From the sequence record DRR723986_8021: 38,346 nt of DNA. One strand, written 5' to 3'. Below, in pieces: positions 9,271 to 17,611 of this stretch (its first letter is position 1; each line of letters opens with the position of its first letter). A program made the position numbers and the translations under genes. The notes beneath the pieces were generated by a model. The model made no database searches and was not told the origin of the DNA. It saw only the letters and a program-made list of their open reading frames with translations.

Positions 9271-9370
9271 TTTTTTACAGAGTTTTCTGAGCTTTTTTAG
9301 TGGTTTTCAGAGTTTTTCTTGGGTTTTTTGGGTGCTTTTCAGCGTTTTTCTGGCCGTTTTTGGAATCTTT
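9271..9370. repeat. Ten helically phased T/A-tracts arranged as about three degenerate 31-32 bp units
   Basis: T-runs end at 9276, 9286, 9298, 9307, 9317, 9329, 9339, 9349, 9361 and 9370 (mean spacing 10.4 bp). CAG(A/C)GTTTT recurs at 9278, 9308 and 9340. Confidence 0.85.
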
Positions 9371-9671
9371 ACCGCGCTTTCAGGACCATAAAATCCAATT
9401 TCTGGAGTCGTTCCATCATCTCCCCCTGAAATTTTTCCGGCACATCTATGCCGTCTGTTACCCATTTCAGTATTTCATGGTCTTGTTCTTCAAACAGGCT
9501 TTCGAACCAACTGCAATCCTCATCGTCAAAAGTTTGCACATTGGCTTCGATAAAGTTTCCGAATATCAAATCCAGTTCTTTAATGCCGCGATGCCATGCC
9601 CGGAAAAGCAACCGCCGCTTGCGGTTTTCCAGATCGATTTCTTTGTGCGGGTTATAGGTCAAGTCAGTCAT
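9369..9671 (-). CDS. sdhE: Succinate dehydrogenase flavinylation/assembly factor
   Basis: 'RRLLFRAWHRGIKELDLIFG' (RGxxE motif); usual alphaproteobacterial position between recG and mfd. Confidence 0.93.
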   Translation of the reverse strand: MTDLTYNPHKEIDLENRKRRLLFRAWHRGIKELDLIFGNFIEANVQTFDDEDCSWFESLFEEQDHEILKWVTDGIDVPEKFQGEMMERLQKLDFMVLKAR

Positions 9672-9784
9672 TTACAGTGCCTGTTAACAGAGCCATTGGC
9701 GGGCGGCACACCATAAGCTATGGTCTTCCATCGTAAAAGCGAAACTTTGGTTTTGAGACCGAATTTTAGGGAATAACTCCGACC

Positions 9785-11869
9785 ATGCGGCCAGAGGCAC
9801 TTTTTGACTATTTTGCAGACGTGGAGCGCTTGCCCGGCATTGGTAAGCGGAACCGGGTGGCGCTTGAGCGCTTGCTTGGCACACGGCTGGTTAACCTGTT
9901 GCTGCATATGCCAGCCGGGCTGGTTGACCGGCGTTATCGCCCCAAGATCAAAGATGCCGCACCGGGGGGCATTGTTACTGTTGAGGTAACGGTTGATGAG
10001 CATATGAAAAGTCACAACCGGCGCACGCCGTATCGTGTGCGGTGCCACGATGACAGCGGCGAACTGACACTGGTGTTTTTTAATCCGCGCGCTGATTGGT
10101 TGGCGAAGCAACTGCCCGAGGGCGAACAGCGTATCATCAGTGGCAAGCTGGAGGATTATCAGGGCAAGGCCCAGATAACCCACCCGGATTATATGGTTTC
10201 GCCTGACAATGCCGATAACATGCCTGATCTGGAAACCATTTACCCGCTCACTGCTGGCCTTTCCGGTAAAATACTGCGTAAGGCGATTAAAGCGGCGGTT
10301 GACATTGTACCTGACCTGCCTGAGTGGTTGGACGGTCCGCTTATTAAACGAGACAAGTTGCCCGGTTTCACAGAAGCACTCCGCGCAGTTCATAACCCCA
10401 CAGCCCTTGAGGGCATTGCGCCGTCGTCATTGGCGCGCCGCCGGTTAGCCTGTGATGAGCTGCTGGCCACCCAACTGGCGCTTGCAATTGTGCGCGAACG
10501 TACGCGCAGGAAACGGGGCAGGGCGCTCAGGGGTAACGGCACCATTTGTGAGCGCATTTTCGAGGCACTGCCGTATACATTGACCGGTGACCAGCAAACC
10601 GCCCTGGGTGAAATTACCGCTGATCTGAAAAGTGAAAAGGCCATGCTGCGACTGATGCAAGGCGATGTGGGCAGTGGTAAAACCATCGTGGCGCTTTTGG
10701 CCATTGCGGCGGCTGTGGAAGCAGGCGTACAAACCGCGCTTTTGGCCCCCACTGAAATTCTCGCCAACCAACATCTGGAAACCATTGCACCACTGGCTGA
10801 AAAAGCCGGGTTGAAAATCGCATTGCTTACCGGCCGTAATAAGGGCAAACCGCGCGCGGCCTTGCTTGAAGCCCTTGCAAACGGCGAGATAGACCTGCTG
10901 ATCGGCACTCATGCAATCATCCAGCAGGATGTCCATTTCAAAGACTTGGGTTTCGCCATTATCGATGAACAACACCGCTTCGGTGTCCAGCAGCGCCTTG
11001 CCTTGGCGGCCAAAGCAGACCACGGCGTTGATGTGCTGGGCATGACAGCCACCCCCATACCGCGCACGCTAACCCTTACCGCCTACGGCGACATGGATGT
11101 ATCGTTGATCCGGGAAAAACCGCCGGGCCGCAAGCCGGTGGATACCCGCGTGGTGGCGCTTGACCGTCTCGCTGATGTCGCCGTTGGCATAGGCCGCGCC
11201 GTTCAGGCTGGCGCACGGGCTTACTGGGTGTGTCCGCTGGTGGAAGAAAGCGAGTTGCTTGATCTGGCTGCTGCAGAGGAGCGTTACGGCGCGCTGAAGC
11301 ATATGTTCGGCGACACGGTTGGCCTTGTGCACGGCAAAATGAAGGGCGCCGAAAAAGATGCTGTGATGGCCAAGTTTCAAAGCGGCGAAATCACCATTCT
11401 GGTTTCCACCACTGTTATTGAAGTTGGTGTTAACGTATCCGAAGCCACCATTATGGTGATTGAACATGCAGAGCGCTTTGGTCTATCGCAGTTGCACCAG
11501 CTTCGGGGCAGGGTTGGTCGCAGCGACCAGAAATCCAGCTGTATTCTACTGCGCGCGAATGAAATCGGTGAAGTGGCGCGGGCGCGGCTTAAAATTATGC
11601 GCGAAACTGAAGATGGTTTTGTAATAGCCGAGGAAGACCTGCGCCTACGCGGCGGCGGTGAAGTGCTGGGGGTCAAGCAAAGCGGCCTGCCTGAGTTTAA
11701 GCTGGTTGATTTCGCTGAGCACGCCGACCTGATCGAACTTGCCCGCGATGATGCTCGCCTTATTATCAACCGTGACCCCGAGTTAACTGGTAAACGGGGG
11801 CAGGCGCTGCGGCACTTGCTTTATCTATTTGAACGCGACGAGGGCGTACGCCTGATGCAGTCAGGCTGA
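9785..11869 (+). CDS. recG: ATP-dependent DNA helicase RecG
   Basis: Wedge/OB domain ('ITHPDY', 'IYPLTAGL'), 'QGDVGSGKT', 'DEQHRFGV', 'MTATPIPRTL', 'HQLRGRVGR', 'DGFVIAEEDLRLRGGGE'. Confidence 0.98.
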   Translation: MRPEALFDYFADVERLPGIGKRNRVALERLLGTRLVNLLLHMPAGLVDRRYRPKIKDAAPGGIVTVEVTVDEHMKSHNRRTPYRVRCHDDSGELTLVFFNPRADWLAKQLPEGEQRIISGKLEDYQGKAQITHPDYMVSPDNADNMPDLETIYPLTAGLSGKILRKAIKAAVDIVPDLPEWLDGPLIKRDKLPGFTEALRAVHNPTALEGIAPSSLARRRLACDELLATQLALAIVRERTRRKRGRALRGNGTICERIFEALPYTLTGDQQTALGEITADLKSEKAMLRLMQGDVGSGKTIVALLAIAAAVEAGVQTALLAPTEILANQHLETIAPLAEKAGLKIALLTGRNKGKPRAALLEALANGEIDLLIGTHAIIQQDVHFKDLGFAIIDEQHRFGVQQRLALAAKADHGVDVLGMTATPIPRTLTLTAYGDMDVSLIREKPPGRKPVDTRVVALDRLADVAVGIGRAVQAGARAYWVCPLVEESELLDLAAAEERYGALKHMFGDTVGLVHGKMKGAEKDAVMAKFQSGEITILVSTTVIEVGVNVSEATIMVIEHAERFGLSQLHQLRGRVGRSDQKSSCILLRANEIGEVARARLKIMRETEDGFVIAEEDLRLRGGGEVLGVKQSGLPEFKLVDFAEHADLIELARDDARLIINRDPELTGKRGQALRHLLYLFERDEGVRLMQSG

Positions 11870-11886
11870 ACTAGAAAGTATTATCT

Positions 11887-13398
11887 ATGGCGTGGAAAAA
11901 AGAGCTGGCGGAAAAGGCTAAGCGTGAGGCGCTTGCCGAAAAGATGGGCGGCGAGGACAAGGTTGGGCGCCAGCACAAGCGCGGCAAGCTGGACGTGCGT
12001 GCGCGGGTCCATAAAATGTCTGACGCAGGCTCGTTCCGTGAAATAGGAAAGCTGGCCGGCAAAGGCCATTACGACGAAAACGGCGAGCTGGAAGATTTCA
12101 CACCGGCCAATATGATTTTCGGTAAGGCAGAAGTTGCTGGCAGGCCAGTTGTGCTGGTCGGCGATGATTTCACCGTGCGCGGCGGCGCGGCGGATGCCGC
12201 CATCTGGCGCAAGGGCATTCTGGGCGAACAAATGGCCCATGAATACGGTATGCCGCTGATCCGTTTGATTGACGGCACCGGCGGTGGTGGCTCGGTTAAA
12301 TCACTGGAGGACATGGGCCTTACTTATGTGCCGTGGCTACCGGGCTGGGAAAATGTGGTTAAAAACCTGGAAAGCGTGCCGGTGGTGTCGCTTGCGCTGG
12401 GCTCTGTCGCGGGCCTTGGTGCCGCGCGGGTTGTGGCCAGCCATTACAGCGTTATGGTTAAGGGCATGTCGCATATGTTTACTGCCGGGCCTGCGGTTGT
12501 GGCGGCCATCGGCGAAGATTTGGACAAGGAGGCCTTAGGCGGCGCTGACATTCATGCGCGCAACGGCGCGGTGGATGATGTGGTTGAAAGCGAAGAGGCC
12601 GCCTTTGAAGCGGCGAAAACCTTCTTGTCATACTTGCCGCAAGCGGTAGGACAGAGAGCCGAACGCGCGGAAAGTAAGGACGGTGTTGAAAGGCGGGATG
12701 AAAGCCTGCTGTCTGCCGTGCCGGAAGACCGGCAAAAAGCTTACTCCATGCGCAATATTCTGAAATCAGTGGTTGATAAGGGTACATTGTTCGAAATGGG
12801 CCGATATTGGGGGCAGGCGGTTATCACGGCCTTTGCCCGGTTGGACGGCTGGCCCGTCGCGGTGCTGGCGTCAAACCCGAGCTATCTGGGTGGGTCCTGG
12901 ACCGCTGACACTGCGCGCAAGGTTGAACGCTTTGTGAAACTGGCCAATACTTTCGGCCTACCAGTGGTGCATTTTGTCGATAACCCCGGCTTTATGATCG
13001 GCTTGGAAGCGGAAAAGGCCGCCACCATCCGCTTCGGTGTTGATGCCCTGAACGGCATCTATAACTCGAAAGTGCCGTGGGCGACTGTGGTTGTGCGTAA
13101 GGCCTACGGTGTTGCAGGCGCATCTATGAGCGACCATACACGTTTCCAATACCGCTTTGCCTGGCCTTCGGGGGACTGGGGCAGCCTTCCACTAGAGGGC
13201 GGCATTGAAGTGGCCTATAAGGCCGAGCTGGAAGCCGCAGACGACCCAGAAGCGCATCTGGCCGACATCCGTGCGCGGCTGGACAAAGTGCGCAGCCCGT
13301 TCCGCACCGCCGAAGCCTTCATGATAGAAGATGTGATCGACCCGCGCGAGACAAGGCCGCTGCTTTGTGAGTTTGCAAATTTGGTATGCGAAGTTTGA
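11887..13398 (+). CDS. Acyl-CoA carboxylase carboxyltransferase (beta) subunit
   Basis: 'MGGEDKVGRQHKRGKLDVRAR', 'DDFTVRGG', 'LGGADIHARNGAVD', 'FVDNPGFMIG', 'VRKAYG', 'AWPSG', 'DVIDPRETR'. Substrate cannot be determined. Confidence 0.92.
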   Translation: MAWKKELAEKAKREALAEKMGGEDKVGRQHKRGKLDVRARVHKMSDAGSFREIGKLAGKGHYDENGELEDFTPANMIFGKAEVAGRPVVLVGDDFTVRGGAADAAIWRKGILGEQMAHEYGMPLIRLIDGTGGGGSVKSLEDMGLTYVPWLPGWENVVKNLESVPVVSLALGSVAGLGAARVVASHYSVMVKGMSHMFTAGPAVVAAIGEDLDKEALGGADIHARNGAVDDVVESEEAAFEAAKTFLSYLPQAVGQRAERAESKDGVERRDESLLSAVPEDRQKAYSMRNILKSVVDKGTLFEMGRYWGQAVITAFARLDGWPVAVLASNPSYLGGSWTADTARKVERFVKLANTFGLPVVHFVDNPGFMIGLEAEKAATIRFGVDALNGIYNSKVPWATVVVRKAYGVAGASMSDHTRFQYRFAWPSGDWGSLPLEGGIEVAYKAELEAADDPEAHLADIRARLDKVRSPFRTAEAFMIEDVIDPRETRPLLCEFANLVCEV

Positions 13399-13421
13399 GG
13401 TTGTATGGAGATAGATGAGTT

Positions 13422-13928
13422 ATGATTAAACAGGATACCGTTGGACGCGAGTTCGCTTCCTTTCCCCGGACTAAAACCAAACAACTCATGCTTATGGCCA
13501 GTGTTATAATGGCCTCAGTTATTTGGGCCTCATTCAAGTATAAGCAACATTTAAACGCTGTCGCAAATTTTCAAAGCAACGGATTCCCTTGGGACAACTT
13601 CCTATATCCTGTTTTGCTTCTAATTGGCGGAATTGGGAAAATCCTATACGATCTGCATCTTGAGATGCCTTACCTCAATTTTGAAGAGGATGGTTTCTAT
13701 TTTGATGACAAAAATAAGCCCGAAAAACGTTACTGGCGTGAGGTTGTTGATATTAAAACAACTAACAGATCAGTTAACGGATCACCTTTATCCAGCCCTC
13801 GTGTCGTAATTGTGCTATCAAAGAAAGAACAAGTTATTGTCGACTCAAAGGAAGTTAATTTTCAGGGGGCTGATATTGAAAAAATTGCTAGGCATTTCTG
13901 GAAAAAAGCCTGCAATAAAATTAGTTAG
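13422..13928 (+). CDS. Hypothetical membrane protein (two hydrophobic segments plus small soluble domain)
   Basis: 168-aa ORF filling the gap; hydrophobic 'LMLMASVIMASVIWASF' and 'FLYPVLLLIGGIG'; visibly more AT-rich than flanks. Confidence 0.65.
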   Translation: MIKQDTVGREFASFPRTKTKQLMLMASVIMASVIWASFKYKQHLNAVANFQSNGFPWDNFLYPVLLLIGGIGKILYDLHLEMPYLNFEEDGFYFDDKNKPEKRYWREVVDIKTTNRSVNGSPLSSPRVVIVLSKKEQVIVDSKEVNFQGADIEKIARHFWKKACNKIS

Positions 13929-14183
13929 TCAGCAAATCTCTCAAATTAGGTTGCTATTTCAAGTGAACCATGACCTTATGCGCTCACAAATGCCGCGCGA
14001 AGATGACGAAAACTCGTTGGCAGCATTTGTTTGGAGAGGCGCGTTTCAAAGCTGCTGCTCCCTTTTAATGCCCAAGGCATTCGATATACGGTGGTTCATC
14101 TCCGCAAGCCCCCCTAGATTAAAAGACAGCTGAATTGTGTGATACTAGGTGTATCGCGCTTGTTGTCTTGCGAAAGTAAACAC

Positions 14184-15557
14184 TTGAAAAATTTTAATGA
14201 TCTCGGCCTTTCCGAGGTTCTTCTGCGCGCTGTATCCGAAGCAGGATACGCACAGGCAACGCCCATTCAGGGCAAAGTAATCCCGGCGATGATCGCAGGG
14301 GGTGATATCGTTGGCATCGCCCAAACAGGCACCGGCAAAACTGCATCCTTCGTGCTGCCTATATTGCACCATGTGCATAAGCAAGGCCGAAGGCCAGCGC
14401 CTAAAACATGCGGTGCGCTTATTTTGGCCCCCACACGCGAGTTGGCGGCGCAAATACATGACAATGTACGGCTATATGCTAAATTTATGAATGTATCCTC
14501 AGCCTTGGTTGTTGGCGGCGTGAAGCCCCACAAGCAAATCAAGGCGCTGGCAAGGGGTTTGGACATTCTTGTCGCGACACCGGGCCGCCTGGAAGACCAC
14601 GAATCTACAGGTGCAGTGCGTCTTGATGCAACAACGACCGTGGTGCTAGATGAGGCCGACCAAATGCTGGACATGGGCTTTATTCCCGCCATCCGCCGCA
14701 TTTTGGCGAAGCTACCGAAGCGCCGCCAAACCATTTTGATGTCGGCGACCATGCCTAAACAAATTAGGGCACTGTCCAACGACTTTCTGTATAAGCCGCA
14801 AGAGATTGCAGTGACCCCGGCATCTAAGCCGATTGAGAAGATTGAACAGCGACTGATATCATCGGTTGGCAAGAACAAACGCATGATGCTCGTCGAGTTG
14901 CTCAAAAACGAACCCATTGAGCGGGCGATTGTATTTTCGCGGACAAAGCACGGCGCGAATAAAATCGTGCAATATCTTGATAAGAATGGACTTTCTTCTG
15001 CTGCTATCCACGGCAATAAAAGTCAGGGTCAGCGCGAAAAAGCCTTGGCAGCTTTTAAAAATGGTACCATTAATGTGCTGATTGCTACTGACATTGCGGC
15101 ACGCGGCATCGACATTAACGATGTTTCTCATGTGATTAATATTGACCTGCCGAATGTACCGGAAGTGTATGTGCACCGCATTGGTCGAACGGCACGCGCG
15201 GGCAAAAGCGGTGTTGCTATTTCTTTTTGCAGCGAAACGGAACTGGACCAGCTTAAAGATATTGAAAAGCTTGTGGGACGCATTCCCGGTGAACGACCAG
15301 ACGGTGCAGCTGTACCTGTTGCCGCTGAGCCGAAAAAGAACGAATTGTCAGAAAGTCAACGCCGCAACCAACGCAGGCGCAAGCGCCATAAGCAAAACAA
15401 AGCCTCTGGCGGCGGCCAGGAGAGTGGCCAAAATGGAAGTCAGAACCGGTCTCAACCAAAGGCAGGACGCTATCACGGCGGCGGACGCGCAAATGGCAAA
15501 CCTAACAGTGGCGGCAACGCCAATGGTAACCGCTCCGATGCTCGGCGGTCAGCTTGA
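14184..15557 (+). CDS. rhlE: DEAD-box RNA helicase, RhlE-like
   Basis: Q-motif 'FNDLGL..GYAQATPIQ', 'AQTGTGKT', 'PTRELA', 'TPGRL', 'DEAD', 'SAT', 'HRIGRTARAG'; R/G/N/Q-rich disordered tail. TTG start at 14184 is inferred from the Q-motif position. Confidence 0.93.
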   Translation: MKNFNDLGLSEVLLRAVSEAGYAQATPIQGKVIPAMIAGGDIVGIAQTGTGKTASFVLPILHHVHKQGRRPAPKTCGALILAPTRELAAQIHDNVRLYAKFMNVSSALVVGGVKPHKQIKALARGLDILVATPGRLEDHESTGAVRLDATTTVVLDEADQMLDMGFIPAIRRILAKLPKRRQTILMSATMPKQIRALSNDFLYKPQEIAVTPASKPIEKIEQRLISSVGKNKRMMLVELLKNEPIERAIVFSRTKHGANKIVQYLDKNGLSSAAIHGNKSQGQREKALAAFKNGTINVLIATDIAARGIDINDVSHVINIDLPNVPEVYVHRIGRTARAGKSGVAISFCSETELDQLKDIEKLVGRIPGERPDGAAVPVAAEPKKNELSESQRRNQRRRKRHKQNKASGGGQESGQNGSQNRSQPKAGRYHGGGRANGKPNSGGNANGNRSDARRSA

Positions 15558-15613
15558 TTATCAGGGCGTTGAACTCGCGGACGGCTTGTTTCGCAGACAG
15601 AAAGACAAAATTT

Positions 15614-16366
15614 ATGATTGGTCAATTATCGCTGGTACTTGCTTCAGCAGTATTCCTTACCGGAACAGCGTTGGGGCAGGACGCCGAAGTGCCTGAAAAT
15701 GCGACCGCTAAACGGTATGGTTCCGGTTGGGAATGCAATGCAGGTTACCGCGAAGACACAGGCGCCTGCGCTGAGATTGCCATTCCGGTTAATGCTTATC
15801 CAACCAACAAGTCATATGGTACGGGGTGGGAGTGTAGCCGTGGTTTTTTGAAGGATGGTTCAGAGTGTAAACCAGTGTTTGTACCTGAGAATGCCTATTT
15901 GAACGACCGCGGTGACGACTGGGAATGTGTGCGGGGGTACCGCGCTAAAGGCGATGTATGCAATATGGTGGTTGTTCCCGAAAATGCGTTCCTATCCGAC
16001 AGCCGCCGTGGTCCGGGTTGGGATTGTCTTGAAACACACCGTATCGTTAATAACAAATGCGAACGGATTATTGTGCCCAAAAATGCCTATTTTGACCGAG
16101 GGTCTTATCTAACCAACTGGAAATGCATCCGCGGGTTTCGCGCTGAAGGCAACACATGTGCCGAGATTTCCGTGCCTGCCAATGCATATCTGTCAGATAG
16201 TTCCTACCAGTCTGGTTGGAAATGCGACAGAGGCTACACTGCTTCAAATTCTATGTGTGTTGCCATACGGGTTCCTGAAAATGCCCATCTGGACTCTTCA
16301 GGGAATGACTGGAAATGTGATGCGCAATATACCAAACGCGAAGGCGCTTGTGTTATTCGAAGCTAA
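15614..16366 (+). CDS. Secreted cysteine-rich tandem-repeat protein (7 repeats of 31-33 aa)
   Basis: Signal peptide 'MIGQLSLVLASAVFLTGTALG' from ATG 15614, then seven copies of (V/I)PxNAx(7-9)WxCxx(G)(Y/F)x6C. Confidence 0.88.
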   Translation: MIGQLSLVLASAVFLTGTALGQDAEVPENATAKRYGSGWECNAGYREDTGACAEIAIPVNAYPTNKSYGTGWECSRGFLKDGSECKPVFVPENAYLNDRGDDWECVRGYRAKGDVCNMVVVPENAFLSDSRRGPGWDCLETHRIVNNKCERIIVPKNAYFDRGSYLTNWKCIRGFRAEGNTCAEISVPANAYLSDSSYQSGWKCDRGYTASNSMCVAIRVPENAHLDSSGNDWKCDAQYTKREGACVIRS

Positions 16367-16389
16367 AGGCGGGCGATACATGGTTTTCG

Positions 16390-17535
16390 TTAAGTAATCG
16401 GCTTCTCGTAAACCCGGTAGGTTTTATAAACCTCACAGCCAATTTCCTCGAGGATGGAGCGCATGCCGTCGTTGTCCTCGAGGATCCAGCCCAATTCTCC
16501 CCAGTAAGCCCCGCGTTTTTCCACATGCTGGCGGCTCACATCGATCATCCACATTGACATAGCGGCCCCCAGAGGGCCCTTTTGGAACTTTTTGCGCACA
16601 CCCATCAGCGGAACGCGGCAGCGGTTCTCCTTGCCGTTTAGCATGCGGTAGGCAAGCTTAAAAATGCCAAAGGGCAACAGGTTGCCATCTAAATCGCTGA
16701 TTTTATGGTTCACATCAGGGATGGTGAGCATAAAGGCCACTGGCTCGCCGTCATATTCGCAAATATACGTGCGGTAGGGTTTCACCACCGGCTTCAGGCT
16801 TTTGGCACCGTGAGCAACTTCGGCGTCGGTGAAGGGTACATAGCCCCAATTGTCGCTCCAGGCCTCATTGTAGATGTCCAGCACAACCGCGACTTCTTCG
16901 TCGAAGCGTTTCATGTCGATGGGGCGCATGGTTACGCGCTTGTTTTTTTGCGCCATTTTAACAATGCGCATGGCGCGCTCGGGCATGGGAATGGTGAGGT
17001 CCAGCGAATAAGCGAACATATCGCGGGCTTTTTCCATGCCGCTTGTCTTCAGCCAGCCATCATAGGCGGGGCGACCGTGGGGCATCATCACACAGGGTGG
17101 TGTATCGAAGCCATCTACCAACGTGCCGACTTCCTCAGCGCTTGAGAGCGACCATGGGCCTTGCATGCGAGCCATACCTTGGCTTTTCAACCAGGCCTCA
17201 GCGGTTTGCAGGAGCGCATCAGCACATTCCTGGTCCAACGCCTCAAAAAATCCGAAGTGACCCAGGTTTGGCCCCCATTTTTCCTGCGCCAGATGGTCTA
17301 TTTGCGCGCTAATGCGGCCAACAAGCTTGCCGCCGCGCTCCGCCACCCACATTTTCACATCGGCATGGTCAAAATAAGGGTTTTTGTCGGCTCGCAGGGC
17401 TTCCATACGTTCCATCATTAATGGCTGGATCCAGTTTGGATCATTGGCATAGACAGTGCGCGTCACATTCACAAAGTCTTTCAGGCCTTTGTTATCGGTG
17501 ATCTCGCGAATGGTGATACTGTTTGATGAAGTCAC
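16390..17535 (-). CDS. bcerS: GNAT-fold N-acyltransferase, bacterial ceramide synthase (bCerS) family
   Basis: 'VYANDPNWIQPL', 'VGRISAQID', 'GHFGFFEA', 'DGFDTPPCVMMPHGRPAY', 'YNEAWSDNWGYVPFT', 'WILEDN', 'YKTYRVYEK'; located in a cluster with spt, ACP and reductase. GTG start. Confidence 0.85.
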   Translation of the reverse strand: MTSSNSITIREITDNKGLKDFVNVTRTVYANDPNWIQPLMMERMEALRADKNPYFDHADVKMWVAERGGKLVGRISAQIDHLAQEKWGPNLGHFGFFEALDQECADALLQTAEAWLKSQGMARMQGPWSLSSAEEVGTLVDGFDTPPCVMMPHGRPAYDGWLKTSGMEKARDMFAYSLDLTIPMPERAMRIVKMAQKNKRVTMRPIDMKRFDEEVAVVLDIYNEAWSDNWGYVPFTDAEVAHGAKSLKPVVKPYRTYICEYDGEPVAFMLTIPDVNHKISDLDGNLLPFGIFKLAYRMLNGKENRCRVPLMGVRKKFQKGPLGAAMSMWMIDVSRQHVEKRGAYWGELGWILEDNDGMRSILEEIGCEVYKTYRVYEKPIT

Positions 17536-17611
17536 AAAATATTCCCGTCATTGCCCAGCTATGTGTCTTGGATAACGAATTGGCGTGTTTTTGCAAGAAA
17601 GATAACGGCAG

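Noticed and set aside
9271-9370. Possible CRISPR array or MITE in the periodic spacer
   Set aside because: No conserved repeat with unique spacers, no terminal inverted repeats, and no cas or transposase genes in the window.
9300-9716. 138-aa plus-strand ORF with a Phe-rich hydrophobic start
   Set aside because: The hydrophobic start is a by-product of the phased T-tracts; the rest is antisense to sdhE.
9668-10393. 241-aa minus-strand ORF upstream of sdhE
   Set aside because: Mostly antisense to recG, no recognisable motifs; a shadow ORF.
14267-15016. 249-aa minus-strand ORF
   Set aside because: Antisense shadow of the conserved DEAD-box helicase core.
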